Below, one piece after another: positions 22,340-33,908 of a DNA stretch of 64,000 nt. A model generated the notes under the pieces. It worked only from the letters and a program-made list of their open reading frames with translations, had not been told where the DNA came from and did not search any database. The position numbers and the translations under genes were made by a program. Within the stretch, counting starts at the first letter, position 1, and each line of letters opens with the position of its first letter. Where the stretch lies: positions 1,376,001 through 1,440,000 of the forward strand of contig CBDATS010000004.1 in the NCBI GenBank assembly GCA_965200245.1. The letters run 5' to 3'. The stretch comes from a bacterium. Lineage in GTDB: Bacteria; UBA8248.

Positions 22340-22414
22340 TGGTAGGCGCGGGCGGTTTTGAACCGCCGACCTCTTGCGTGTCAAGCAAGCGCTCTCCCCC
22401 TGAGCTACGCGCCT
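22340..22414 (-). tRNA. tRNA-Val(GAC)
   Basis: Minus strand AGGCGCGTAGCTCAG...CTTGC-TT-GAC-AC-GCAAG...GGTTCAAAACC...GCGCCTACCA; cloverleaf with encoded CCA. Confidence 0.95.
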
Positions 22415-22604
22415 TCGTCCGGCATATCCGGTATAGCGAGATGATAGGAAAGCGCTCGGCGTATTGTCAACGCGCGCCTTCCACACGCAAATGAAAAAAC
22501 GCATTCGGCGAAAAACCAGCCCGCCCGCAAGCCTCCCCGTGGCGAACCATACGCCCGGAAGCCCCCGGAATGCCCGCTATATGACAACTGATGCGGCAAA
22601 CGGG

Positions 22605-23846
22605 TCAACTCGCTTTTTCATAGACGAGCAGCGGATTTTCCTTTTGCGCCACTACGTTTTCGTTGATGATGATTTCCTTAACGCCCACCATGCCCGGCAG
22701 CTCATACATCGTATCGAGCATCAAATCCTCAATGATGGAGCGAAGCCCGCGCGCGCCGGTGTTGCGCTCGAGTGCCTTTTCGGCGATGGCAACAAGCGCC
22801 CCTTCCGTGAACTGCAAGGTGACGCTCTCGAACTCCACGAGCTTGCGGTATTGCTTGACGAGGGCGTTTTTCGGTTCGGTCAGAATGCGCACGAGCGCGT
22901 CGCGGCCCAAATCGTCGAGCGTAGCCACGACGGGCAGGCGGCCCACGAACTCGGGAATCAAACCGTACCTCAACAGATCCTCGGGCGTCACTTGGGCGAG
23001 CAGTGCGCTCAGGGAATCTTCCTTCTCGTTCTTGAGACTGGCCTCAAAGCCCATTCCCATCTGACCGACTCTTTTCTTGATGATTTCATCGAGACCCACG
23101 AACGCTCCGCCGCCGATGAAGAGAATGTTTGCCGTGTCGACACGCAGGAACTCCTGGTGGGGATGCTTGCGTCCGCCCTGGGGCGGCACGTTGGCCACCG
23201 TTCCCTCGATGATCTTTAGCAGGGCCTGCTGTACGCCTTCGCCGGAAACGTCTCTCGTGATGGAGGGGTTCTCGCTCTTTCGGCTGATCTTGTCGATTTC
23301 GTCAATGTAGATGATGCCGCGCTCGGCTTTCGTCACGTCGTAATCGGCCGCCTGCAGGAGCTTGAGAATGATGTTCTCCACGTCCTCGCCCACGTAGCCG
23401 GCCTCGGTGAGAGTGGTGGCGTCGACGATGGCGAAGGGCACGTCGAGAAGTCTTGCGAGGGTCTGGGCCATGAGGGTCTTGCCCGAGCCAGTGGGGCCGA
23501 CAAGCAGGATGTTGCTCTTCTGCAGTTCCACGTCGTGTAAGTCGATTTGCGCCTCCACGCGCCGGTAATGGTTATAGACGGCAACGGAGAGCGATTTTTT
23601 CGCCTTCTCCTGACCCACGATGTGCTCATCAAGGATGGCCTTGATCTCGGTTGGCTTGAGGAGGGTTTTCCTTTTCTTCTTCTGCTCCTCGTTCCATTCG
23701 TCCATCATGATTTCCTGGCACAACTCCACGCACTCGTCGCAAATGTACACGTGCGGCCCGGCGATAAGCTTCTTCACCTCCTCCTGGCTTTTTCCGCAGA
23801 ACGAGCAACGAAGGGTTTCTTTTTTTTCTGAGGCTCGCCTCGCCAT
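22605..23846 (-). CDS. clpX: ATP-dependent Clp protease ATPase ClpX
   Basis: CSFCGK zinc finger, [32 protein letters not shown]. Confidence 0.98.
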   Translation of the reverse strand: MARRASEKKETLRCSFCGKSQEEVKKLIAGPHVYICDECVELCQEIMMDEWNEEQKKKRKTLLKPTEIKAILDEHIVGQEKAKKSLSVAVYNHYRRVEAQIDLHDVELQKSNILLVGPTGSGKTLMAQTLARLLDVPFAIVDATTLTEAGYVGEDVENIILKLLQAADYDVTKAERGIIYIDEIDKISRKSENPSITRDVSGEGVQQALLKIIEGTVANVPPQGGRKHPHQEFLRVDTANILFIGGGAFVGLDEIIKKRVGQMGMGFEASLKNEKEDSLSALLAQVTPEDLLRYGLIPEFVGRLPVVATLDDLGRDALVRILTEPKNALVKQYRKLVEFESVTLQFTEGALVAIAEKALERNTGARGLRSIIEDLMLDTMYELPGMVGVKEIIINENVVAQKENPLLVYEKAS

Positions 23847-23898
23847 CGTTCATTCTCCCTCGGTGAAGAGCGTTTCGGGAAATGGAACCGGCCCCGGG

Positions 23899-24549
23899 CT
23901 AGGAGCCATTGTTTTCCTGATTCTGTCCATCGTCCATGCCTTCACCCGACATGAGGTTCGATGAATCGGTGCGGGCGATGATTACATCGTCGAGCAGGCC
24001 GTATTCCCTCGCCTGCTCGGCGGTCATGAAATTGTCCCGATCGGTATCTTGCTCGATTTTCTGGATTGGCTGGCTGGTGTGTTTCGCGAGTATCTCGTTG
24101 AGTTCCTCGCGCATGCGGAGAATCTCGCGCGCCTGGATGTCGATGTCGCTCGCCTGGCCTTGCACGCCGCCCAGGGGCTGGTGAATGAGAATGCGCGAGT
24201 TGGGCAGGGCATAGCGCTTGCCTTTGGCACCCGCCGTCAGTAGAAGCGCACCCATGCTCGCTGCCTGGCCAATGCAGATGGTCGAGACGTCGGGCTTGAT
24301 GTACTGCATCGTGTCGTAGATTGCCAGGCCCGCAGTAACGGACCCGCCGGGGCTGTTCACGTACATTGCGATGTCCCGGTCGGGTTCTTCCGCCTCTAGA
24401 AAAAGCAGCTGGGCTGTCACGAGGTTCGCGATGGTGTCGTCTATCGCCGTGCCCAGAAAGATGATCCTCTCCTTGAGCAGGCGGCTGTATATGTCGTACG
24501 CCCGCTCGCCTCTGTTTGTCTGTTCCACCACCATGGGTACAAGTGCCAC
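23899..24549 (-). CDS. clpP: ClpP proteolytic subunit
   Basis: [32 protein letters not shown]. Confidence 0.98.
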   Translation of the reverse strand: MALVPMVVEQTNRGERAYDIYSRLLKERIIFLGTAIDDTIANLVTAQLLFLEAEEPDRDIAMYVNSPGGSVTAGLAIYDTMQYIKPDVSTICIGQAASMGALLLTAGAKGKRYALPNSRILIHQPLGGVQGQASDIDIQAREILRMREELNEILAKHTSQPIQKIEQDTDRDNFMTAEQAREYGLLDDVIIARTDSSNLMSGEGMDDGQNQENNGS

Positions 24550-24552
24550 TGT

Positions 24553-25929
24553 TTATCCATCCTCTTTCGAATCGCCGTCTACGGCGCGCTCCGCCCCCGC
24601 TCCCTCCCCGGAGTCGTGGGAATGCGCGTCGTGATCGGCGGCATCGTGAACGTCGAGTTCCACGTCGGCCTGATCATATAGCCAACTCACCGTCTTGTTG
24701 TAGTTGATGTTCGAGACGAGCGAGGCCATCGCCCCGGTTGTCATCAGTCTCTCGCGAAGTTTCTCGGGCGTCATTCCGTAGCGCGCGGCCGAGATTCGAA
24801 TCTGCGCCTCTATCTCCTCGCCACTCGCCTCGATTTCCGCCGTCTCGCGGATGCGCTCAACGAGGATGAGCCTGCGAACCTGTTCCTCTGCGCGTGGCCT
24901 TACCTCCTCGCGCAACTCCTCGATCCTGGCTTCCGAAAGTTGAACGTCTGGGTTTTCCTGACGAAGGCGGCGTTCATACCCACGAATCTGCTCATCCGCC
25001 TCCCCCTTGACAAGCGTGGGAGGAACTTCGAAAGGATGTGCCTCCAGCAACGATTTCAGCAACTCGGATATCCCCTGGTTGCGTACGTTTGCATCCTCCA
25101 TGGATTCCATCTCTTTTGCGATGTCGGCCCGCAAATCCTCGGTGCTCGTGTAGCCGCGGCCCAGGGATTTCACGAACTCCTCGTTGAGTTGTGGTGGATG
25201 CGGCTCCTTGACTTCCTTGAGATGCAAGTGGAACCTCAGGCTCTTGCCCGCGATGTTGGGCGATGCGCCCTCGGGAACGTCGATGTCTACGTCCTTTTCC
25301 TCTCCTCGCTTCATGCCGACGAGGGCGTCGCTCAACTCTTTTTCGCTCTCATCGCCCCCGATCATGAGTGCCTGGTTCTCCCCACGCGTACCCGGCACGG
25401 CCGTATCGTCTTCGAAGCCCTCGATGTCGAATAGAACGTAGTCGCCCGTCCTGGCCTCTCTCTCCACATCCTCGAAGGCGGCGGCGCGCTGGCGGAGGGC
25501 TTCGATCTGTTGATCGACCATCTCTTCCGTCACGTTGTGGCGATGAACCTTGACCTTGAGACCCTTGTATTCGCCGAGCTTGAAGGGGGGGATGACCTCC
25601 ACCGTCGCCCTGTACGTCAACTCGGGCGCGTCGTCGTCCATATTGATGTCAGTCACATTGGGTTCGCCGACCGGGCGCATGCCCCTGTCCTCAAGCAAGC
25701 TGCGGTAGGAGGTCGAAATCACCCGGTTCAGGACTTCGGCCTGCACCTCCTCGCCGTAGTAACGCTCAAGCACGCGACGGGGGATTTTTCCCTTCCGGAA
25801 GCCCTTCATCTTCACGCGCCCCGAGAGCCGCCTGTAGGCGCGATCCATCTCGTCGGTGACCTCCGTACGCGGAACGGCGACTTCGAGACGCTTCGTACAG
25901 GCGTCGATGTCGCTTACTGTGCCGGTCAT
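24553..25929 (-). CDS. tig: Trigger factor
   Basis: GFRKGKIP ribosome-binding motif; tig-clpP-clpX synteny. Confidence 0.95.
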   Translation of the reverse strand: MTGTVSDIDACTKRLEVAVPRTEVTDEMDRAYRRLSGRVKMKGFRKGKIPRRVLERYYGEEVQAEVLNRVISTSYRSLLEDRGMRPVGEPNVTDINMDDDAPELTYRATVEVIPPFKLGEYKGLKVKVHRHNVTEEMVDQQIEALRQRAAAFEDVEREARTGDYVLFDIEGFEDDTAVPGTRGENQALMIGGDESEKELSDALVGMKRGEEKDVDIDVPEGASPNIAGKSLRFHLHLKEVKEPHPPQLNEEFVKSLGRGYTSTEDLRADIAKEMESMEDANVRNQGISELLKSLLEAHPFEVPPTLVKGEADEQIRGYERRLRQENPDVQLSEARIEELREEVRPRAEEQVRRLILVERIRETAEIEASGEEIEAQIRISAARYGMTPEKLRERLMTTGAMASLVSNINYNKTVSWLYDQADVELDVHDAADHDAHSHDSGEGAGAERAVDGDSKEDG

Positions 25930-25984
25930 ACATCACTCTCCAGAATCAAAACAGCAGTCAAAATCACGCGAAAAACTTGCGCCC

Positions 25985-26070
25985 TGGTGCGAAGGGGGGG
26001 ACTCGAACCCCCACGCCCGAAGGCACTGGATCCTAAATCCAGCGCGTCTACCAAATTCCGCCACCCTCGC
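25985..26070 (-). tRNA. tRNA-Leu(TAG)
   Basis: Minus strand GCGAGGGTGGCGGAATTTGGTAGACGCG-CTGGA-TT-TAG-GA-TCCAG, long variable arm, GGTTCGAGTCC...CACCA; typical position upstream of tig. Confidence 0.95.
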
Positions 26071-26242
26071 ATCCTCCTGGCGAGCAAAGGCATATGCTCA
26101 AAACCACTTGCAAACCCACCGCCCGCAGAGAGTCCCCGGACCGGGATTACGCGCCTCTCAATCTAGTCGTACACAGGCGGGCCGTCAACGGGGAATCCCG
26201 ATCACGCTCATCCTCCGGCAAAAGAAGTGGAAAATCCCGGAC

Positions 26243-29200
26243 TCAAAGGCGAACAGCGCCCGACGGATTTCCACTTCCGGGAGTCGATTCCGCCTCGCGT
26301 CTTTGACGTGAGACCTCGTAGTTCAAGGAAGAAGCGAGCCAGCGCTCGACAAAGGCGGGTTCCATGCCTTTTCGTCTGGCATAGTCGCGCACTTGATCCT
26401 TCCCGATTCTGCCCACGCCGAAATACCTCACCTCGGGATGGGCGAAATACCACCCGCTCACCGAGGCGGCGGGCCACATGGCGAAGCTCTCCGTGAGCTT
26501 CACGCCCGCATTGGCGTCTGCGTCGATGAGGTCGAAGAGCGTCTGTTTTTCGGTATGGTCCGGGCACGCCGGATAGCCCGGCGCGGGGCGGATGCCTCGG
26601 TATTTTTCCTTGATGAACGCCTCGTTGCCCAACTCCTCGTCCCGGGCGTATCCCCATAATTCCTTGCGCACACGCTCATGAAGGCGCTCGGCAAACGCCT
26701 CGGCCAGCCTGTCGGCCAGGGCCTTCACCATGATGGCGCTGTAATCGTCGTTCGCCCGTTCGTAGGCGCCCGCCGCCTCGTCGACGCCCAGCCCTGCTGT
26801 AACAGCAAAGGCGCCGATGTAATCCACTATCCCGCTCTGTTTAGGTGCCACGAAGTCCGCCAGGCACATGTTCTCTGCGCTCGATTTACGCATCTGCTGG
26901 CGCAGGAAACGGGCCACGGCGACCACCTCGTTTCTTTCTGTATCTACATAAATCTCCACGTCGTCGCCCACCGAATTCGCCGGGAACAGGCCAATGACCC
27001 CCTTGGCACGAAGTGAGTGCTGCTCAATGATGCGCTCGAGCATCTCCTGTGCGTCCTGATACAGGCCGAGCGCGGCTTCTCCCACAACCGGGTCCTTGAA
27101 TATTGCGGGGTATGTGCCACTCAGCTCCCAGGTCCGGAAAAACGGCGTCCAGTCGATGCGATCCCGCAAGTCCGCCAGCGGGTAGTCTACGAACACCCGA
27201 ATTCCCTGAACGCTCGGCGCGGGAGACGCTCCGCCCGCCCAATCGATTCGCAGACGGTTCTCGCGCGCTTCTTCGATCGTGCAGAACTCCGTGTGGACGC
27301 GCCGCGCCTCGTGGCGTTCGCGTACGGTTTCGTATTCCTCTCGTCTTGCGGCGAGAAATTCCTCGCGCATCGAATCACTCATGAGGCTTCCCATCACGCC
27401 CACGCTCCTCGAGGCGTCCTCCACGTAGACCGTCGGCCCGCTGTAGTCCGGCGCAATCTTGACGGCGGTGTGCGCCCTGGAAGTCGTCGCGCCGCCGATG
27501 AGCAGCGGAATATCGAAACCCAAACGTTCCATCTCGCTTGCCACGGTCACCATCTCGTCAAGCGAGGGGGTGATGAGGCCACTGAGCCCGATGACATCCA
27601 CCCCTTCCTCACGGGCGGTCTGTAAGATTTTCGTGCAGGGGGTCATGACGCCCAGGTCGATGACCTCGTAGTTGTTGCACTGGAGCACCACGCCCACGAT
27701 GTTCTTGCCGATGTCGTGCACATCGCCTTTCACGGTGGCGAGAAGCACCTTTCCGTTCGATGTCTCCTCACCCTCCACCTTTTCCGCCTCCAGGAAGGGA
27801 ACCAGGTGGGCGACGGCTGTCTTCATCACCCGCGCGCTCTTGACCACCTGGGGCAGAAACATTTTTCCCGAGCCGAAAAGTTCGCCCACGACGTTCATGC
27901 CATCCATCAGCGGACCCTCGATGACCTTGATGGGATGCGCCGACGCGAGGCGAGCCTGCTCGGTATCCTCCACGATGTATTGTGTGATTCCCTCCACCAG
28001 CGCGTGGGCGAGGCGCTCATTCACCGGCCGTTCGCGCCAGGCGAGATTATCGGCGCGCGATTTCGCCTGGCCCTTCACTCCCTCGGCCACCTCGAGGAGG
28101 CGTTCTGTAGAATCCGCGCGGCGGTTCAGGAGCACATCCTCGATTCGTTCAAGCAGATCTTCCGGAATCTCCTGATACACCGCGAGCTGGCCCGCGTTCA
28201 CGATGCCCATGTCCATACCGTTCTTGATGGCGTGATAGAGAAACGCGGAGTGCATGGCCTCGCGCACGCCGTTGTTGCCCCGGAACGAGAAGGAGACGTT
28301 GCTTATCCCTCCGCTCACGAGTGCGCCCGGGAGTTCTTTCTTGATGCGGGCTACCGCCTCGAAATAGGCGGCGGCGTATTCGTTGTGTTCCTCGATGCCG
28401 GTGGCGACGGCGAAGATGTTGGGGTCGAAGATGATGTCGCTGGGTGCCAGACCCACTTCGCGCGTGAGGACCTCATAAGCCCGTTCGCAAATCTCGAACT
28501 TGCGCTCCGCGCTCTCCGCCTGGCCCTGCTCGTCGAAGGCCATTACCAAAACGGCCGCGCCGTAACGCTTCGCGAGCCGTGACTGCTTGATGAAGGGCCC
28601 CTCGCCTTCTTTCAAACTGATGGAATTGACAATGGACTTTCCCTGCAGGCACTGAAGACCGGCCTCGATGACCTCCCACTTCGAGGAGTCGATCATCACC
28701 GGCACACGACTGATATCGGGTTCCGCGGCAATGAGCCTCAAGAAGATGACCATTGCCTCCCTTGAATCGAGCATTCCCTCGTCCATGTTCACGTCGATGA
28801 GTTGCGCGCCGTTTTCCACCTGCTGGCGGGCGACTTCGAGCGCTTTTTCGTAATCTTCCTCGCGGATGAGCTTGGCGAAGCGCGCCGATCCCGCCACGTT
28901 GGTGCGCTCGCCCACGTTCACGAAACCCGTCTCGGGACCGATGTTCAAGGGCTCGAGACCGCTCAGGCGGCAGCGCGGCGGAATTTCAGGGATCCGGCGC
29001 GGGGCGAAACCTTTCACTGCTTCCTTGATCGCACGAATGTGCTCGGGCGTGGTGCCGCAACAGCCACCTACTAGGTTCAGAAAACCGCTGCGGGCGAATT
29101 CGGCGAGCACCTCGGCCATGTAGGCGGGCGTGTCGTCGTATTCACCGAACTCGTTGGGAAGGCCTGCATTGGGATAGATGCTCACGGGAACGTCGGCCAC

Positions 29201-30004
29201 GCGGGAGAGTTCACGTATGTAGGGACGCAAATCCTCGGCCCCTAGGGCACAATTGAGTCCCACGCACATGGGCCTGTAGCCTGCAACGGAGTTCCAGAAT
29301 GCTTCCGTCGTCTGGCCCGAGAGGGTGCGCCCGCTCGCGTCTGTGATGGTTCCCGAAATCATGACGGGGACGCGGTACCCCTCGTCCTCGAAAAACTGCT
29401 CGGCGGCGAACATGACGGCCTTGCAATTGAGGGTGTCGAAGACCGTCTCGACCAGGAGCAAGTCTGCGCCGCCCGCCAAGAGTCCGCGAATCGAGGTGGT
29501 ATAGGCCGCCACGAGTTCTTCGAAACTGATGTTTCTGAATCCTGGCTCGTTTACCTTCGGCGAGATGGAGGCGGTGCGGTTCGTGGGTCCCATGACGCCT
29601 GCCACGAAGCGCAGTTCCCCCGGATTCGCACACTCGAAGTCGTCCGCAGCCTCCCTGGCGATGCGTGCGGACGTCTCGTTCATCTCGTAGACCATATCCT
29701 CCATCTGGTAGTCCGCCATGGAGATGGCCGTCGAGTTGAACGAATTGGTCTCGATGATGTCCGCACCCGCTTTGAGGAAATCGTCGTGAATGCATCTTAC
29801 GACATCGGGCTGTGTGATACTGAGCAGATCGTGGTTGCCCCTCAAATCGCAGGGATGATCGGCGAAGCGCTCGCCCCTGTAGGCGATCTCGCTCAGTTTC
29901 TCGTTCTGGAGCATCGTGCCCATCGCGCCGTCGATGATCACGATGCGTGACGCCAGAAGATCATAAAGCGCGTCTATGCGTCTGCTTCTCGCTGGGGTTT
30001 CCAT
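26243..30004 (-). CDS. metH: Cobalamin-dependent methionine synthase
   Basis: [33 protein letters not shown]12 motif, [12 protein letters not shown]. Confidence 0.98.
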   Translation of the reverse strand: METPARSRRIDALYDLLASRIVIIDGAMGTMLQNEKLSEIAYRGERFADHPCDLRGNHDLLSITQPDVVRCIHDDFLKAGADIIETNSFNSTAISMADYQMEDMVYEMNETSARIAREAADDFECANPGELRFVAGVMGPTNRTASISPKVNEPGFRNISFEELVAAYTTSIRGLLAGGADLLLVETVFDTLNCKAVMFAAEQFFEDEGYRVPVMISGTITDASGRTLSGQTTEAFWNSVAGYRPMCVGLNCALGAEDLRPYIRELSRVADVPVSIYPNAGLPNEFGEYDDTPAYMAEVLAEFARSGFLNLVGGCCGTTPEHIRAIKEAVKGFAPRRIPEIPPRCRLSGLEPLNIGPETGFVNVGERTNVAGSARFAKLIREEDYEKALEVARQQVENGAQLIDVNMDEGMLDSREAMVIFLRLIAAEPDISRVPVMIDSSKWEVIEAGLQCLQGKSIVNSISLKEGEGPFIKQSRLAKRYGAAVLVMAFDEQGQAESAERKFEICERAYEVLTREVGLAPSDIIFDPNIFAVATGIEEHNEYAAAYFEAVARIKKELPGALVSGGISNVSFSFRGNNGVREAMHSAFLYHAIKNGMDMGIVNAGQLAVYQEIPEDLLERIEDVLLNRRADSTERLLEVAEGVKGQAKSRADNLAWRERPVNERLAHALVEGITQYIVEDTEQARLASAHPIKVIEGPLMDGMNVVGELFGSGKMFLPQVVKSARVMKTAVAHLVPFLEAEKVEGEETSNGKVLLATVKGDVHDIGKNIVGVVLQCNNYEVIDLGVMTPCTKILQTAREEGVDVIGLSGLITPSLDEMVTVASEMERLGFDIPLLIGGATTSRAHTAVKIAPDYSGPTVYVEDASRSVGVMGSLMSDSMREEFLAARREEYETVRERHEARRVHTEFCTIEEARENRLRIDWAGGASPAPSVQGIRVFVDYPLADLRDRIDWTPFFRTWELSGTYPAIFKDPVVGEAALGLYQDAQEMLERIIEQHSLRAKGVIGLFPANSVGDDVEIYVDTERNEVVAVARFLRQQMRKSSAENMCLADFVAPKQSGIVDYIGAFAVTAGLGVDEAAGAYERANDDYSAIMVKALADRLAEAFAERLHERVRKELWGYARDEELGNEAFIKEKYRGIRPAPGYPACPDHTEKQTLFDLIDADANAGVKLTESFAMWPAASVSGWYFAHPEVRYFGVGRIGKDQVRDYARRKGMEPAFVERWLASSLNYEVSRQRREAESTPGSGNPSGAVRL

Positions 30005-30135
30005 AAGCCGTCCCGAATCAACCTTTTAAAGACCAGAACCCGGACCAAAGGGGGGTTATAAGCGATTTTCCGGCGCGAGAAAAGCGTGAAAATTTCAAAT
30101 CGGGATTGTGAAGGAATCGGAGCAGCCTGAACTGA

Positions 30136-30945
30136 CTACCCCTCGTGGTTCACCTCTTCCTCGATGAAGGCGTAGGCGTTGTGGTCGTGGATGGATTCGA
30201 AATTCTCCACCTCCACCTGGAACCACTTGATGCGCTTGTCGTTTCTGAGCAGCAACGCCGCTTCGCGCACTACATCTTCCACGAAGCGAGGGTTGTCAAA
30301 AGCCGTCTCGGTGACGAATTTTTCGTCCTCGCGCTTGAGGATCGGGTAGAGTGCGCAGCTTCCTGCGCTCTCGGCGATCTCGACGAGTTCCTCGATCCAG
30401 AACTCGCCGTCAAAGCGTACCTTGATGCACACGTGTCCCCGCTGGTTGTGCGCCCCGCGCAGGCTGATCTCCTTCGAACACGGACAAAGGGTGGCGATGC
30501 GTACCATGATGCTCAGGACGAAGTCGTCCACCGCGCCCGCTGAGGCCTCGAAACCGCATTCGAGCGCCATCAGCCCCTCGGCACCCGTGACCGGAGCGGC
30601 CTTGTGCATGAAGTAGGGAAACGTGACGGAGAAATGCGCCGTCTGCGCGTCGAGACGCTCGCGAATTGTCTGGAGGAGCGAGGGCACGCTGTCTACGCCT
30701 ATGGCGTCGGTGTGCTCGTTCAGCACCTCCATGAAGCGGCTCATGTGGGTGCCCTTGAAGTGGTGCGGCAAATCCACGTACATGTTGACATTGGCGATAG
30801 TATGCTGGGCGTCCTTCGCCCGATCCTTCACCACGATGGGATAGCGGATATTCTTCACCCCCACCTTGTCGATCTTGACGTTGCGCTCATCCGAACTCGC
30901 CTGCACGTCGGCGAGGTCGGCCGGCTCCGCCGGAAGGCCTGACAT
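30136..30945 (-). CDS. folE2: GTP cyclohydrolase IB
   Basis: DVQ, KGTHMSRF, TLCPCSK, GAHNQR, NPRFVED, ESIHDHNA. Confidence 0.95.
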   Translation of the reverse strand: MSGLPAEPADLADVQASSDERNVKIDKVGVKNIRYPIVVKDRAKDAQHTIANVNMYVDLPHHFKGTHMSRFMEVLNEHTDAIGVDSVPSLLQTIRERLDAQTAHFSVTFPYFMHKAAPVTGAEGLMALECGFEASAGAVDDFVLSIMVRIATLCPCSKEISLRGAHNQRGHVCIKVRFDGEFWIEELVEIAESAGSCALYPILKREDEKFVTETAFDNPRFVEDVVREAALLLRNDKRIKWFQVEVENFESIHDHNAYAFIEEEVNHEG

Positions 30946-31061
30946 CGAATCTCATCCTTTCCGCTCTGTCTGGCAGAACATTCATTCAAGCGGCTTAATA
31001 CGGGTTCTCGTTATTTCCGGCACCGCCCCGAGCGCCGAATGAAAGCGGGGGGAATTTAGGA

Positions 31062-31415
31062 CTATTTCTCGGGAGATTCTCTTCTGATGCGCTCAATCTT
31101 GGCCATCTTCCCGGAAACTGCCTCGCCCAGTTCTATCCCCCGTGCGTTGGCGTAGTTTATGAGGGCGATCATCACGTCCGCCGCCTCGTCCGTATAGGCC
31201 GCCCGTTCCACCTTGCGGCCTTTCCATTCCTTTTTCTCCAGATTCGCGAGTTCGCCCGTCTCACCCGCAAGCTCCAGGGCGAAAAACTTGGGCTCGCGCT
31301 CCGGGAACGCCTCTTGCTGATACCGCGCGAATTCGGCCTGCAGGGTGTTGAGCCCCTCGTAGGAGCGCGGCAGCTTAGGCGTGTCCACGCCATTCACCGG
31401 AACCGTTCCCTCCAT
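31062..31415 (-). CDS. MazG-like nucleotide pyrophosphohydrolase
   Basis: ELAGETGELAN...DEAADV acidic motif; start uncertain (31415 or 31397). Confidence 0.75.
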   Translation of the reverse strand: MEGTVPVNGVDTPKLPRSYEGLNTLQAEFARYQQEAFPEREPKFFALELAGETGELANLEKKEWKGRKVERAAYTDEAADVMIALINYANARGIELGEAVSGKMAKIERIRRESPEK

Positions 31416-31631
31416 GCAAGTCCGGGAATCGAGTAACCTTCCGCCGTTGCGCCCTGTCGGGCACGCGGAATGCAAGTCTCTCACTCAGGACCAGAGGCGT
31501 CAATCAGCGGGCGTGGATCTCGATTGACGCCGAATGCGCCAGATTTTACTCTCTCCCCCAAGGTTTTCATCATATCGACTGACATGCGGGCGTGAAGATG
31601 TCCGCGAGCACCCAAACGGAGGGAAGTCCCC

Positions 31632-32627
31632 TTGCCCAACATCGATCTGCATCACCACATCTACAACCCCGAAGCGGAAGCGCTCGCCGCGAAAGAACGC
31701 GAAAGACGCCCCCAGCACGCCGACAGTTTCGAGGGCTTCTTTCCTCCTGTCTCCTCGCGCTACAACGCGAAGATGACGGAGGAGAACTGGGGCGTGCAAC
31801 TCGCCGACGCGGACCGCAAGCTGAGCGACATGAAGGCGGACAGGCTCGACATGGCACTGGTTTCCCCGCCACCGCCTACTTTCTACTACTGGATCGGCGG
31901 TGCGGCGGGCGAGGAAATTATCCAGATACAAAACGACGGCGTCGTCGATTTCTGCAACAAGAACGCCGCGCACTTCCGGGGACTGTGCAACCTGCCCATG
32001 CAAAACGGGGGCGAGGCTGCCGCTGCAGAACTCGAACGCGCGATGGGCAAGGGCCTGCTCGGTTGCATCATCTCCGATCGCATCGGCTCCCATGCACTGG
32101 ACGAGCCCCAGTACGAGGTGTTCTGGGCGACGGCAGAGCGACTCGGCGCGCTGGTGTTCATTCACCCCGATTTCGCGGATCTCAAGGCCCTGTTCCCCTA
32201 TTACATGGCGAACTGCGTCGGCAACCCGCTATCCACCACCGTCGCCGTAACGCGGCTTATTCTTTCGGGCCATTTCGAACGCTACCCGAACCTTCAGCTT
32301 CTGCTCGCCCACGCGGGCGGAAACCTCCCCTGGTCGATCGGTCGCATCCAACACTGCTGGAACGTGCGACCGGAAACCAAGGTGCACACGCCGCATCCGC
32401 CCCGTCACTACTTCAGGAACCTCTATTTCGACGTCATCACCTTCAATCCCTCGGCGCTCAAGTGGATGGTCGACGAAGTGGGGGCCGACCGCGTCGTGTG
32501 CGGCACGGACTATCCCTACGACATGATGCAGCAGCGCGTCGTGGATTTCGTCGAAGGGGCGGGACTCACGGAAGAGGCGCAGAATAAAATTCTTCGCGAG
32601 ACGCCTGCCAGGCTCATGAAGTTGTAA
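31632..32627 (+). CDS. Amidohydrolase_2 family protein (ACMSD-like decarboxylase/hydratase)
   Basis: IDLHHH, FIHP, AHAGGNLP, LYFD, GTDYPYDM. Confidence 0.85.
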   Translation: MPNIDLHHHIYNPEAEALAAKERERRPQHADSFEGFFPPVSSRYNAKMTEENWGVQLADADRKLSDMKADRLDMALVSPPPPTFYYWIGGAAGEEIIQIQNDGVVDFCNKNAAHFRGLCNLPMQNGGEAAAAELERAMGKGLLGCIISDRIGSHALDEPQYEVFWATAERLGALVFIHPDFADLKALFPYYMANCVGNPLSTTVAVTRLILSGHFERYPNLQLLLAHAGGNLPWSIGRIQHCWNVRPETKVHTPHPPRHYFRNLYFDVITFNPSALKWMVDEVGADRVVCGTDYPYDMMQQRVVDFVEGAGLTEEAQNKILRETPARLMKL

Positions 32628-32735
32628 GGGACGCGTCGGTGCACGGACCGGCCGACTGAAGGAGATACGATACGACGTGCAGGAGCCCGTCCACGAGGAT
32701 GACTCGCCGAAACCATTACGAGCGGAGGATTCGAC

Positions 32736-33908
32736 ATGTACATCGCCACGAAGGACGTCATACTCCCCACCACCATCACGGGTTCCCTGCCTCGGCCGGC
32801 CTGGTTCCGCCAGAACATCGGTCGCAGAACATTCAGAGAAGCGATGATTGACGCAGAGTTCCGGGAGCAGTACCTCGACAACGTATCCTGTGTCGTCCGC
32901 GATCAGGAACGTGCGGGGCTGGACATTGTGACGGACGGTGACGCGCGCTTCGACACGAATGTTGGCGGGCGCGACTGGGTGGGCTACATCGTCGACAGGC
33001 TGAGCGGCTTCTCGGGCCATGAAACGTCAAGAAGCCATGCCACCTGGGGCGGCTCCGTGCCCGGCGAGATCATGTTCGAGGTGCTCGAAGCCCGGATGCT
33101 GCCGAAGGTGACCTCGAAGGTGGGCGAAGGCCCGCTCGAATACGCGCAGATGTGGCGCTGCGCGCAGGCGATGACGGAAAAGCCGCTCAAGTTCGGCTCC
33201 ATAAGTGCGGATTGCTTGGAGTCCATCGTCTCGAACGAGTTTTACGACGACAGGCGCGATCTTTGCCTCGACCTGTGCGAAATCCTGCACGCCGAATTCC
33301 ATCGACTGGCGGCTGCCGGCTGCCAGATATTTCAGGTGGAAGAACCCTGGGTGCACCGCTTCGATTTTCATGCCGAGGATTCGGAGATGTCGATGGAGTT
33401 CTACGTCGAGGCGTTCAACAAGAGCGTGACGGGCCTGAGAGACAAACTGGAACTCTGGTGTCATACCTGCTGGGGGAATCCGGCGCAGCAGCGGTTTTAT
33501 GAGTCTTCGAAGAGCTATGCGCCCGCTCTCGAATACATGAACGAGTTGGACGTGGATGTGCTTACTTTCGAGTGTGCGAGCACGGGTGGAATGGACCTGG
33601 ACGAAATCGGAAGGCGCATCACCAGACCCAAGGTGGCCATCGGTGTGATCAACCACCGGGGACTCCAGGTGGAACGCCCCGAAGAGGTGGCCGCCCTAAT
33701 CCGCAAGGCGCTCGAGACGATTCCCGCCGAGCGGCTGTGCATCTCCACCGACTGCGGCTTCGGGCGCGAGGGCATGAGTCGCCGACACGCGTTCTACAAG
33801 ATGGTGGCACTGTCCCGCGGGACGAATATGGTGAAAAAGGAACTTGGCCTGCCGGAGACCTACATATCAGCCACCGACGGGGCGTTTACGCTGAGTGATG
33901 AGGATTAG
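32736..33908 (+). CDS. Cobalamin-independent methionine synthase II-like (MetE C-terminal only) zinc enzyme
   Basis: TTITGSLPRP, GLDIVTDGD, HTCWGN, TFEC, TDCGFG zinc ligands. Confidence 0.82.
   Translation: MYIATKDVILPTTITGSLPRPAWFRQNIGRRTFREAMIDAEFREQYLDNVSCVVRDQERAGLDIVTDGDARFDTNVGGRDWVGYIVDRLSGFSGHETSRSHATWGGSVPGEIMFEVLEARMLPKVTSKVGEGPLEYAQMWRCAQAMTEKPLKFGSISADCLESIVSNEFYDDRRDLCLDLCEILHAEFHRLAAAGCQIFQVEEPWVHRFDFHAEDSEMSMEFYVEAFNKSVTGLRDKLELWCHTCWGNPAQQRFYESSKSYAPALEYMNELDVDVLTFECASTGGMDLDEIGRRITRPKVAIGVINHRGLQVERPEEVAALIRKALETIPAERLCISTDCGFGREGMSRRHAFYKMVALSRGTNMVKKELGLPETYISATDGAFTLSDED

Noticed and set aside
25985-26070. tRNA with TAG anticodon as an amber suppressor or tRNA-Sec
   Set aside because: Anticodon UAG reads CUA (Leu). 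A suppressor needs CUA and tRNA-Sec needs UCA.
30005-31061. SAM/cobalamin riboswitch before metH, or Zur/Fur box before folE2
   Set aside because: No riboswitch core motifs recognised. The minus-strand TAACGAGAACCCGTATTA near 30995-31013 only weakly resembles a Fur-family box.
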